Positions 17,146-26,589 of a stretch of DNA of 64,000 nt are shown one piece after another. This DNA comes from an uncultured Acidobacteriota bacterium (GTDB lineage: Bacteria > Acidobacteriota > Thermoanaerobaculia > Gp7-AA8). The stretch is from NCBI GenBank assembly GCA_963741955.1, contig CAVUKB010000010.1, positions 1-64,000 on the forward strand. The letters are read 5' to 3'. Position numbers and translations under genes: made by a program. The notes below the pieces were generated by a model. That model saw only the letters and a program-made list of their open reading frames with translations, was not told where the DNA came from and ran no database searches. Each line of letters begins with the position of its first letter. Position 1 is the stretch's first letter.

Positions 17146-19176
17146 ATGTCGGGACTGGAACTGATCAGCCTGTCGGTCATGATGCTGTCGCGGGGAGTCA
17201 CCGCACTGCTGATGACGGCATTGCTCTGGGTCTTTTCCCGCAACTACGACAAGCCGTACCTCCGACCCTGGATCTTCGGCTGGATCTGTCTCACCATTCA
17301 CTATTTCGCGGGGGCGTTCGCTCTGGACCTCGTCTCGGCGCCGTCGGCGGATCTGCCGGTCGTGCTTGCGGCGGCGACCCTCCTCTCCGCGGCAGGCCTC
17401 CTCTTTCCGGCTTTCCTGGGGCTGGGGGTCTGGGAGCTCGCAATTCAGCGGCCGCCACGGATGCGCAGTGCGCGCCGATTGATCATCACGGCGCTCGTGG
17501 TGGGCATCGTCCTCCCGTTCGCGATCTCGTCGGCGAAGGGAGTGACGCGGGAGCTCTTCTCGTTGGAGCTGGTTTTCCGTTCCGCGCTCGCTGCGGTGGT
17601 GGCCGGCGTTTCCGCCTGGTTCGTGTGGCGGGAGCGGGCGCGCAGGGCAGGCCCGGGCTTCGGACTTTTCAGTATTGCTCTCGCGGTTTTCGGTGCGGGT
17701 CAGTTCCTTCTGGTGGTCGGGCAGGTCGTGGAGAGAAGCGGGGGTCGTTCATTCGGGGTTTACTTCGCCGCGATCGACATCGTCCTTCTCCTTCTTCTCG
17801 GGCTGGCGATGCTGGTTGCAGTTCTGGAGGACGAGAGGGAAGCGGCGGTGCTCGCCGCTTCGGAGATCGAGCATCTCGCGTATCACGATCCGCTCACCGG
17901 ACTTCCGAACCGTTCGCTCTTCCTCGACCGGCTGATCGTGGGGATCGCACAGTCACATCGGAACTTTCAGAAGCTGGCGGTGCTCTTTCTCGATCTCGAT
18001 CGGTTCAAGGACATCAATGATTCGTTCGGTCACTCGATGGGAGACGCGATTCTCCGAGGCGTTGCCGCGCGACTGAGGCTGAGCCTTCGCGAGGGGGACA
18101 CCGTGGCGCGTTTCGGAGGCGACGAGTTCACCCTGATCCTTCATCGGATCGAGTCGAACGATGCGTTGGTGCGGGTCGCGGCGAAGATCCTGGATACGGT
18201 GAGACAGCCCTACGAGATCGGAGGGCGCGAGATCACCGTCACCACCAGCATCGGCATCAGCATCTATCCGGACGATACGACGGACGCCGAAACGCTGATC
18301 AGGAACGCGGACGCCGCGATGTATCGCGCGAAGGAAGCAGGACGCGACAACTGGCAGCTGTACACGGCGAAGATGAGCGCCGTCGCTCGGGAGCGTTTCG
18401 AGCTGGAGACGCGTCTTAGGAGGGCGGTCTCGCGGAACGAGCTGGTGATCCACTACCAGCCGCTCGTCGACATGCAGACCCGGGCGATTGCCGGGTTCGA
18501 GGCGCTTCTTCGATGGCAGGATCCGGAGTTCGGGCTCCTCTGGCCAAAGTCGTTCATCGCGCCGGCTGAAGAGTCGGGCCTGATCGTTTCGATCGGGGCT
18601 TGGGTTCTCCGGGAGGCCGCGCGACAGGCGCGAAGCTGGCAATCCAGGGGAAGTGGCGAACTGGTGGTCGCGGTCAATCTCTCTCCGCGGCAATTTCACC
18701 AGAAGGACCTCTCCGACATGGTGCGATCGATCCTGGAGGAGACCGGACTCGATCCTCATCTTCTCGAGCTGGAGATCACCGAGAGCTGCGCGATGCGCGA
18801 CGTCGACGAGACGATTCGTGTTCTTCGAGAGCTCAAGCAGCTGGGCGTGCGGATCTCGATCGACGATTTCGGGACCGGCTATTCGTCCCTCAGCTATCTC
18901 AAGCAGTTCCCGATCGACACGATCAAGATCGACCGCTCCTTCATCATGGACCTCGTCGAACCGGGCGACGGCGAGATCGTTCGTAGCGTGATTGTGATGG
19001 CCCACCAGCTGGGGGTGAAGGTGATCGCGGAGGGAGTCGAAACTCCCAGCCAGCTGGAGATCCTGAAGGAGCAGAACTGCGACAGCAGCCAGGGCTTCCT
19101 GTTCAGCGCTCCGCTCACCGCGGAGGAGTTCGAGCGCTTCGTGGAGCGCCATCGGCAGTGGATCGCCACGGCGTGA
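17146..19176 (+). CDS. Membrane-bound diguanylate cyclase/phosphodiesterase (GGDEF-EAL)
   Basis: About 7 N-terminal TM helices; HDPLTGLPNR, GGDEF, EALLRW, ELEITE, DDFGTGYSS, EGVE. Confidence 0.95.
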   Translation: MSGLELISLSVMMLSRGVTALLMTALLWVFSRNYDKPYLRPWIFGWICLTIHYFAGAFALDLVSAPSADLPVVLAAATLLSAAGLLFPAFLGLGVWELAIQRPPRMRSARRLIITALVVGIVLPFAISSAKGVTRELFSLELVFRSALAAVVAGVSAWFVWRERARRAGPGFGLFSIALAVFGAGQFLLVVGQVVERSGGRSFGVYFAAIDIVLLLLLGLAMLVAVLEDEREAAVLAASEIEHLAYHDPLTGLPNRSLFLDRLIVGIAQSHRNFQKLAVLFLDLDRFKDINDSFGHSMGDAILRGVAARLRLSLREGDTVARFGGDEFTLILHRIESNDALVRVAAKILDTVRQPYEIGGREITVTTSIGISIYPDDTTDAETLIRNADAAMYRAKEAGRDNWQLYTAKMSAVARERFELETRLRRAVSRNELVIHYQPLVDMQTRAIAGFEALLRWQDPEFGLLWPKSFIAPAEESGLIVSIGAWVLREAARQARSWQSRGSGELVVAVNLSPRQFHQKDLSDMVRSILEETGLDPHLLELEITESCAMRDVDETIRVLRELKQLGVRISIDDFGTGYSSLSYLKQFPIDTIKIDRSFIMDLVEPGDGEIVRSVIVMAHQLGVKVIAEGVETPSQLEILKEQNCDSSQGFLFSAPLTAEEFERFVERHRQWIATA

Positions 19177-19215
19177 GAGCGGAGCGCTCTGCCGAATCGG
19201 GCAATCACCCGTTCC

Positions 19216-19280
19216 TGTGACCCCAGTCACCCTCCGGACTGTCTCAGGTCATCGTTGGATTGGCGCAGCGTTGTTAGCTT
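19216..19280 (+). promoter_or_regulatory. CRP-type box and extended -10 upstream of the multiheme cytochrome gene
   Basis: TGTGA-CCCCAG-TCACC at 19216-19231; TGnTAGCTT at 19272-19280. Confidence 0.55.
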
Positions 19281-19317
19281 CTCTTCGGGTGGGCGGCCCC
19301 GCCTTCCGGGAGCTTCG

Positions 19318-22233
19318 ATGCGTCATATTCTCATTACGATACTCAGCATATCTCTGGCCTCTGCGGCCTTCGGACAGATGACGAAGGAGGAGTGTCTCGG
19401 CTGTCACTCCGACCCGAGCCTGGTGCAGGAAAATCCGAACGGCAGCAGCCGGAGCGTCCATGTGGATCCGGCGAAGTTCGATGCGTCCGTACACGGCTCG
19501 CTCGATTGCACGGACTGCCACGCTTCGATCAAGGACTACCCTCACGAATCCGTGACGCGGGTGGACTGCGGGAGCTGCCATTCGGACGAGGCGGAGGCGA
19601 CGAACAAGGGGATCCACTCCACGAAGATCGGCGGTCGAACCGCCGCGACGTGCTACGACTGCCACGGCAATCACGCGATCCGTCCTCCTTCCGAGAAGGG
19701 AGCACTCGGCTGCCCGAAGTGCCATCAGAGTCAGAACGAGAAATGGCAGAGGAGCGTCCACGGGCGCGCTGCAGCGAAAGGGGACTCGCTCGCTCCCCAG
19801 TGCTCGTTCTGCCACGGAGGGCACGAGATCCGTCCCCATACCGACCCGAAGGCGAAGACGGCGGTGATGAACATCCCTCTTCTCTGCGGCAGCTGCCATC
19901 GGGAGGGATCCAAAGTCTCGCTTTACCGCAACATTCCCGAACAGCACATCCTCGAGAACTACGTCGACTCGATTCACGGCGAAGGTCTGTTCCGGAAAGG
20001 TCTGACGGTGACCGCCGTCTGCACCTCCTGCCATCGCGCACACGACATCCTGCCGCCGAGCGATCCGCATTCGACCATCGCGAAGGCGAACGTGGTCGCG
20101 ACCTGCAAGCAGTGTCACGCCGAGATCGAACAGGTCCACCGGAAGGTGATCAACGGAAAGCTCTGGGAGACCGAACCGCACCGGATTCCGGTCTGCGTCG
20201 ATTGCCATGCTCCGCACAAGGCACGGCGGGTGTTCTACGACGCCGGAATGGCGAATCTCGACTGCCTCAGGTGTCACGGAAAGCGCGATCTGACCATGAC
20301 CCGGGACGGAAAGAAGATCTCCATCTACGTCGATACGGACGCCTACGCGAGCTCGATGCATGCGAAGACCGCCTGCGCACAGTGCCATACCGACGTCAGC
20401 CCGTCCCATGAGCGTCCATGCGAGACGGTGAAGAAGAAGGTCGACTGCAGCATCTGTCACGCTGAAGTGGTCGCTTCCTACCAGACCAGTATCCACGGGC
20501 AGCTCGCCGCGAAGAACGACAAAGACGCTCCACGCTGTCTCGACTGCCACTCGCCGCACGCCACTCAGGGGCACACCATCCCGACTTCCAACACCTACCC
20601 GCGCAACATTCCGGAGCTCTGCGCGCGGTGCCATCGTGCCGGTCAGAAGGCTGCGGTGCGCATCCACAGCAAGGTCAAGGACATCGTTCAGACCTACGAG
20701 GATTCGATTCACGGCAAGGCTCTGACCGAAAGCGGCCTGGTGGTCACCGCGACCTGCATCAACTGCCACTCGTCTCACGGCGAGTTGCCACCTTCCGACG
20801 TTCGCTCCACGGTCAACCCGAAGAACATCTCCAAGACCTGCGGCACCTGCCACAACGGGATCGAGGCCGCGTTCGAGATGAGCATCCACGCCACCGGCAA
20901 GCCGAAGGACGGGATGAAGCTCCCGACCTGTAACGACTGCCACACCGCGCACGGGATCGGACGCGTCGACAAACCCGGCTTCCGGACCAAGATGATGATG
21001 GAGTGCGGTGGATGCCACAAGAAGGAGGCCGCCACCTTCTTCGACACCTTCCACGGGAAGGTCTCCCGGCTCGGTTCGGAAGGTGCGGCGAAGTGCTACG
21101 ACTGCCATGGAACGCACAACATTCTTCCGCCCGATGATCCGCGTTCCACTCTCGCGCGCAATAATGTCGTGCAGACCTGTGCCAAGTGCCATCCCGGGTC
21201 GCATCGCCGCTTCGCCGGGTACCTGACGCACTCGACCCATCACGATCCGAAAAAGTTCCCGTGGCTCTTCTGGTCTTTCCGATTCATGGTCACCCTCCTG
21301 ATCGGAACGTTGAGCTTCTTCCTCGTCCACACGCTGGCCTGGCTACTCCGCCTCTGGAGGACGCGCGAGCATTGGGGCGTGCACAAGGACGCAGCGAAGG
21401 CGGGCGGGCAGAAGTTCTACAAACGCTTCAGCCGCTTCCAGCGCTCTCTGCATCTGGTCATGCTCTTGAGCTTCTTCACCCTCGCCACGACCGGAATGGC
21501 GCTGAAGTTCTCGTACACCGGATGGGCCCAGGTCGTCTCCTGGTTCTTCGGCGGCGCGCAGTCGATGGGCTACGTGCATCGGGTGGGTGCCATCGTCCTG
21601 ATCTCCGTCTTCGCGACACACATCTATGAACTGATCAAGAGAAAACGCGCTGAGAAGCGCACCTGGCTGAGCCTCCTCACGGGACCGGACACCATGATGT
21701 TCACGCTCCGGGACCTCCGCGAGATCGGACAGTCGTTCCGCTGGTTCGTGGGCAAGGGAGACCGTCCGAAGTATGGCCGGTTCACTTACTGGGAAAAGTT
21801 CGACTACTTCGCCGTCTTCTGGGGTGTGATGGTGATCGGGATCAGCGGACTGATTCTCTGGTTCCCGGTTTTCATGACTCATTTCATTCCGGGGTGGGCA
21901 GTCAATGTGGCCACGATCATCCACAGTGACGAGGCGCTCCTCGCGGTCGCGTTCATCTTCACCATCCACTTTTTCAACACCCACTTCCGTCCGGACAAGT
22001 TCCCGATGGATCCGGTGATCTTCACCGGACGGGTGCCGGTCGATGAGCTTCAATACGACAAGCCCGGCGAGTACGCAGATCTCGTCGAGGCCGGAACGCT
22101 GGAGGAGCATCTGGTCGGACCGATCTCGAAGCCGCTGGAGCGGATGGTCCGGATCTTCGGCTTCACAGCGCTCGGTATCGGTCTCGTCCTGATCGGTCTG
22201 ATCGTCTACGCGATGATCTTCGCGTACCGGTGA
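19318..22233 (+). CDS. 21-heme cytochrome c fused to a cytochrome b membrane domain (CbcL-like quinol oxidoreductase)
   Basis: Signal peptide; 21 CxxCH motifs counted; C-terminal FdnI/HydC-type domain (RFSRFQRSLH, VHRVGA, FTYWEKFDY, IHSDEALLA, IHFFNTH). Confidence 0.92.
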   Translation: MRHILITILSISLASAAFGQMTKEECLGCHSDPSLVQENPNGSSRSVHVDPAKFDASVHGSLDCTDCHASIKDYPHESVTRVDCGSCHSDEAEATNKGIHSTKIGGRTAATCYDCHGNHAIRPPSEKGALGCPKCHQSQNEKWQRSVHGRAAAKGDSLAPQCSFCHGGHEIRPHTDPKAKTAVMNIPLLCGSCHREGSKVSLYRNIPEQHILENYVDSIHGEGLFRKGLTVTAVCTSCHRAHDILPPSDPHSTIAKANVVATCKQCHAEIEQVHRKVINGKLWETEPHRIPVCVDCHAPHKARRVFYDAGMANLDCLRCHGKRDLTMTRDGKKISIYVDTDAYASSMHAKTACAQCHTDVSPSHERPCETVKKKVDCSICHAEVVASYQTSIHGQLAAKNDKDAPRCLDCHSPHATQGHTIPTSNTYPRNIPELCARCHRAGQKAAVRIHSKVKDIVQTYEDSIHGKALTESGLVVTATCINCHSSHGELPPSDVRSTVNPKNISKTCGTCHNGIEAAFEMSIHATGKPKDGMKLPTCNDCHTAHGIGRVDKPGFRTKMMMECGGCHKKEAATFFDTFHGKVSRLGSEGAAKCYDCHGTHNILPPDDPRSTLARNNVVQTCAKCHPGSHRRFAGYLTHSTHHDPKKFPWLFWSFRFMVTLLIGTLSFFLVHTLAWLLRLWRTREHWGVHKDAAKAGGQKFYKRFSRFQRSLHLVMLLSFFTLATTGMALKFSYTGWAQVVSWFFGGAQSMGYVHRVGAIVLISVFATHIYELIKRKRAEKRTWLSLLTGPDTMMFTLRDLREIGQSFRWFVGKGDRPKYGRFTYWEKFDYFAVFWGVMVIGISGLILWFPVFMTHFIPGWAVNVATIIHSDEALLAVAFIFTIHFFNTHFRPDKFPMDPVIFTGRVPVDELQYDKPGEYADLVEAGTLEEHLVGPISKPLERMVRIFGFTALGIGLVLIGLIVYAMIFAYR

Positions 22234-22482
22234 GATCCCGCACCGGATCCGACGGACTCTGACACCGAGTCGTGCCGGTTGCGTCGCCCCGTCGAGGGAC
22301 GCGCAACCGGCACTCTATTTTCCGGATTCGGCGACACTGGTGAGTTCGGCCGCGACGCTCGAACCCTGTGGCCGAACTTTCAAGAACCACTGTTCGCCGT
22401 TCGGGCCGGCGATCCATCGGCTCCCCGTAACCAGATGCAGGGGATTTGTGAAACACTACACGGGAATGATCCAGGGGGCGAC

Positions 22483-23487
22483 ATGCGCGCGATGATCCTG
22501 GAGCGACCCCGCGAACCGCTCGTCCTTCGAGAGATTCCGCGGCCAGAGCCGCGATCGGGAGAGCTCCTCATCGAGGTCGACACCTGCGGCGTATGCCGGA
22601 CCGATCTCCACATTGTGGACGGTGAGCTGACGCGCCCGAAGCTTCCGCTGGTGCCGGGTCATCAGATCGTCGGAACGGTGGCCGGCAGCGAAGGCGAGAC
22701 TCGCTTCCGGGAAGGGGACCGGGTCGGGGTTCCGTGGCTCGGCTGGACGTGCGGTACGTGCCGCTACTGTCTTTCGGGTCGCGAGAATCTCTGCGACCAT
22801 CCGCGATTCACCGGATACGACATCGACGGCGGCTACGCCGAGTACGTCGTTGCGGATGAGCGCTACTGCTTCACCATCCCCGCCTCGTATTCGGGGGCGC
22901 AGGCCGCGCCGCTCCTCTGCGCGGGGATGATCGGTGCCCGAGCGCTGCGGATGACCGGAGACGCGGAACGGGTCGGGTTCTATGGATTCGGTTCGGCGGC
23001 GCACATCGTCGCGCAGATCGCCCGTCGGGAAGGGCGTCGTGTTTTCGCGTTCACCCGTCCGGACGATCTCTCCGGTCAGGAATTCGCCAGCAGCGTCGGC
23101 GCGGTATGGGCGGGAGGGTCGGACGAAAAGCCCCCCGAGGAGCTCGATGCCGCAATCATCTTCGCTCCGGTGGGAGCCCTCGTGCCGATCGCGCTGCGCA
23201 ATCTGGCGAAGGGGGGAGTGCTCGTCTGCGCTGGAATTCACATGAGTGACATTCCGTCGTTTCCTTACGAGATCCTCTGGGGTGAACGTTCGATCCGATC
23301 CGTCGCCAATCTCACCCGCCAGGACGGAGAGGAGCTGTTCGCCACCGCTGCGCGGGTGCGGATCGAGACCACCGTGCACCGCTTCCCCCTCGAGGAAGCC
23401 AACCAGGCGCTCGAGGTCCTTCGCGAGGGAACACTCGACGGAAGCATCGTGCTCGAGCTGGCGCATTCCGCGAAGTCTCACTCCTGA
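22483..23487 (+). CDS. Zinc-binding alcohol dehydrogenase family protein
   Basis: CGVCRTDLH, PGHQIVG, CGTCRYC..ENLC, APLLCAG, YGFGSAAH. Confidence 0.93.
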   Translation: MRAMILERPREPLVLREIPRPEPRSGELLIEVDTCGVCRTDLHIVDGELTRPKLPLVPGHQIVGTVAGSEGETRFREGDRVGVPWLGWTCGTCRYCLSGRENLCDHPRFTGYDIDGGYAEYVVADERYCFTIPASYSGAQAAPLLCAGMIGARALRMTGDAERVGFYGFGSAAHIVAQIARREGRRVFAFTRPDDLSGQEFASSVGAVWAGGSDEKPPEELDAAIIFAPVGALVPIALRNLAKGGVLVCAGIHMSDIPSFPYEILWGERSIRSVANLTRQDGEELFATAARVRIETTVHRFPLEEANQALEVLREGTLDGSIVLELAHSAKSHS

Positions 23488-24554
23488 TCGCCGAAGAGGG
23501 AGCGCTGTGGTCCGGGCGGGAGCCGGAATGCGGCCGTCGACAATTCGAATGATCGTCTCCCGAGGCCCGCACGCCGCGAGGCGGCGTGGAAGAGTGCGCC
23601 AATCTGTCTGGCGTACTCGCCTTCCCCCTTCAGTCTCGAGTTCCACTCCACTCCATTCAGCTTTCCTTCGCGCAATTCGCGAATCCGGCCGAGCACCTTC
23701 TCCTTCCGGTCGGGGAAGTGCTCGTCGAGCCATGCCGCAAAGAGCTCCTTCACACTCCAGGGGAGTCTGAGGACGGTGTAGCTCGCCGAGACTGCTCCTG
23801 CCCGTGCGGCGGCCTCGAGGATCTGAGGGATCTCGTGATCGTTGATCGCGGGAATCACCGGAGCGGTGAGGACTCCGGTCGGCACTCCCGCATCGGTGAG
23901 CTCCCGGATCGCACGGATCCGGAGTTCCGGAGTCGACGCACGCGGCTCCATCCTTCGAGCGAGCTCCGGATCGAGAGTGGTGATCGAAATGAAGACCGCC
24001 GCCGCGGAGAGAGCCGCGAGCTTCGCCAGCAGGTCGATGTCGCGGGTCACGAGGTGGTTCTTGGTGACGATGGCGACCGGGTTGCGAAAGTCGGCCAGTA
24101 CTTCGAGACAGCGGCGGGTGATCCGCAGTCGCCGTTCGACCGGTTGGTAAGCGTCGGTGACTCCGCTGATGGCAATGACCTGCGGAGTCCACTTCTTTGC
24201 CGAGAGCTCGGAGCGGAGGATCTCGGGAGCGTCCTCCTTGACCATGATCCGCGATTCGAAATCGAGTCCGGCGGAGAAGCCGAGATATTCGTGCGTCGGA
24301 CGGGCGAAGCAGTAAATGCAGCCGTGCTCGCAGCCGCGGTACGGGTTGATGCTGGCAGTGAACGGGACGTCGGGGCTGTCGTTGGTGGTGATCAGCGATC
24401 GGGATGGATCGCGGAAAAGCCGGGTGTCGAGCGGCGGAAGATCCGGCTCGGGAACCGACTCCGGATCGGGCTCGTAGTGGAGACGCTCGAAGCGGTTGGA
24501 GGGATTGATGGTCGCACCACGACCGTGGCGCCGCGACTCTCCGGGATCCTGCAT
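23478..24554 (-). CDS. PA0069/Rv2578c-family radical SAM protein (SPL-like)
   Basis: SINPYRGCEHGCIYCFARPTH (CxxxCxxC), TDAYQPVE, MEPRA. Confidence 0.92.
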   Translation of the reverse strand: MQDPGESRRHGRGATINPSNRFERLHYEPDPESVPEPDLPPLDTRLFRDPSRSLITTNDSPDVPFTASINPYRGCEHGCIYCFARPTHEYLGFSAGLDFESRIMVKEDAPEILRSELSAKKWTPQVIAISGVTDAYQPVERRLRITRRCLEVLADFRNPVAIVTKNHLVTRDIDLLAKLAALSAAAVFISITTLDPELARRMEPRASTPELRIRAIRELTDAGVPTGVLTAPVIPAINDHEIPQILEAAARAGAVSASYTVLRLPWSVKELFAAWLDEHFPDRKEKVLGRIRELREGKLNGVEWNSRLKGEGEYARQIGALFHAASRRAGLGRRSFELSTAAFRLPPGPQRSLFGDQE

Positions 24555-24623
24555 GACCGGATGATAACGCGGCGCGGATCCCAGGCCCGAAGTTCTACTC
24601 CCTGTGGAATTCGCGAGCCCCGG

Positions 24624-25082
24624 CTACATGCAACGGTGATGGATAACATCGAAAAGGAGAAGCATCATCGGCCCGACGGCGAAGATCGTTCCGATGCCGG
24701 AATGTCCGTTGCTGCGAAGGCATCGATCGACCGTCGCGGCGAGCTGTTCGACCTCGAAAGGTTTCGCGATCACACCCGCGAGAGGATACTTGCGGATCTT
24801 CGCCTGGTCACGCTCGGAAAGCGCCGCGGTGACCACGAGTACGCGCGAAAGGATCGCCGGCTTCTCGCTTCCGAGGTGCTCCAGAATCTGGTATCCGTCG
24901 ACGCCCGGCATTTTGAGATCGAGAAGAATGACGTCGTAGACGCGGGTTCGGAGCTTCTCGAGTGCTTCGGTGCCGTCGGTGCAGATGTCGGTGTCGGCAT
25001 TCTTTCGAAGGATTGCCGAAATCAGAGTGCAGGTCGACTCGTTATCATCGACGAGCAGGATCTTCGCCTTTTCTTTCGGCAT
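24624..25082 (-). CDS. Single-domain response regulator with hydrophobic C-terminal tail
   Basis: ILLVDD, LLDLKMP, VVTA, KPF; GGAGG RBS. Confidence 0.88.
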   Translation of the reverse strand: MPKEKAKILLVDDNESTCTLISAILRKNADTDICTDGTEALEKLRTRVYDVILLDLKMPGVDGYQILEHLGSEKPAILSRVLVVTAALSERDQAKIRKYPLAGVIAKPFEVEQLAATVDRCLRSNGHSGIGTIFAVGPMMLLLFDVIHHRCM

Positions 25083-25191
25083 CGAGGGGACCTCCCGGGA
25101 CATCCGACCGCTGACTGAATCCGAAGAGCCGTGCGACAATCTCGATGTACAGAGCCTGCCGCGGCGCCGTGCCGCGTTTCACGAGATGCAA

Positions 25192-25944
25192 ATGGTAAGA
25201 GTCGCGACCTGGAACGTCAATGGGATTCGTGCCCGTCAGGCCCAGTTCCTCGAGTGGGTGGAGCGGGAGAAGCCGGACGTGGTCTGTCTTCAGGAGATCA
25301 AGGCCGCTCCCGACAAGCTGGCGGACGAGCTCTGTAACCTCGCAGGCTACTGGTGTTACTGGCACGGCAGCGGCGGCTACTCCGGCGTGAGCCTCAATGT
25401 GCGGCGCGAGCATTTCCCCGATGAGCCGCGGTTCATTCACCCTTCGTTCGACCGCGAAAACCGGATCGTGGCGAGCGACCTCGGTCCGTTCACCGTTGCT
25501 TCGGTGTACGTCCCGAACGGGGGGAAGGACTTCGAGGGGAAGATGGACTTTCTCGCGGAGCTGGACCGCTGGGCGGAAGAGCACGAGCGTGACGGCAAGC
25601 CGCTGATTCTCTGCGGCGACATGAACGTGGCACGGACGGAGATGGACGTCCATCCGAAGGAGCGGAAACCGAATGCCATCGGCCAGAGAGCGGACGAACG
25701 GGAGCTGTTCGAGCGTCTGATCTCCCGGAACCTCGTCGACGTCGCGCGGCGGCTTCACCCGGACGACGAGAATCTCTTCACCTGGTGGGCTCCGTGGAGA
25801 AATCTGCGGCAGCGAAACATCGGCTGGCGGATCGACTACATCCTCGCGAGCCGGGAGATCTCCGACCGGATCGTTTCCTGTGAGGCGTACCGCGAGGTCG
25901 GGACGAGCGATCACGCTCCGCTCGTCGCCGCGATCGAGCTCTGA
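25192..25944 (+). CDS. xth: Exodeoxyribonuclease III
   Basis: TWNVNGIR, CLQEIK, YSGV, YVPNG, GDMN, FTWW, GWRIDY, SDHAP. Alternative start at 25186. Confidence 0.95.
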   Translation: MVRVATWNVNGIRARQAQFLEWVEREKPDVVCLQEIKAAPDKLADELCNLAGYWCYWHGSGGYSGVSLNVRREHFPDEPRFIHPSFDRENRIVASDLGPFTVASVYVPNGGKDFEGKMDFLAELDRWAEEHERDGKPLILCGDMNVARTEMDVHPKERKPNAIGQRADERELFERLISRNLVDVARRLHPDDENLFTWWAPWRNLRQRNIGWRIDYILASREISDRIVSCEAYREVGTSDHAPLVAAIEL

Positions 25945-25954
25945 TCCCCGATCG

Positions 25955-26425
25955 TCAGAATCGGGTGGAGAGGTAAGCGAACAGGTGGGTGGCGACCACG
26001 AGACCGGCGAAGCTCATCGTATCGATCCCCCTCGACCGCCGCACATCGATGCAGTTCCGGACCAGATCGGCCATCTCTTCGGGATCGAACGGTTTCCGGA
26101 TCACGCCGTGAATGGTCCGGTGGTCGAGCCGTTCCACCGTCTCCTGCGGAGCCCCGGTGACCACGAGCACTACCGGAGCGGATCGGCGGGTGACGTTCGC
26201 GAGCTCGCGGAGGAAATGCTCGCCGTCCATTTCGGGCATCATGAGGTCGAGGAGCACGAGGCCGAAGTGATCTTCCGAGAGCTTCTCGAGTGCTTCAACT
26301 CCATTCACCGCAGCCTCGGCGGGAATCCCTTTCTGCCGAAGGAGCGCAGAGAGCATGGCTCGAACGTCCTCGTCATCTTCGACGATGAGCACACGATGCC
26401 CTGATTTATGGAGAGATTCCGCCAT
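25955..26425 (-). CDS. Single-domain response regulator with hydrophobic C-terminal tail
   Basis: VLIVEDD, LLDLMMP, VVTG, KPF. Confidence 0.88.
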   Translation of the reverse strand: MAESLHKSGHRVLIVEDDEDVRAMLSALLRQKGIPAEAAVNGVEALEKLSEDHFGLVLLDLMMPEMDGEHFLRELANVTRRSAPVVLVVTGAPQETVERLDHRTIHGVIRKPFDPEEMADLVRNCIDVRRSRGIDTMSFAGLVVATHLFAYLSTRF

Positions 26426-26589
26426 TGCCGGTCCGCGACATAATCGGACCTCGGCCAGATGTTGTCAAACTCGACCGCAGGTCGAAACCTCGAAAAATCC
26501 GAAGACGGCCGGGCCGTCGCTTCGTCGCAGACATCCGAGTGACGAACGCGGGACGCTCGCCACCAGCCGGTACAGATGCCGCGGCGCCC

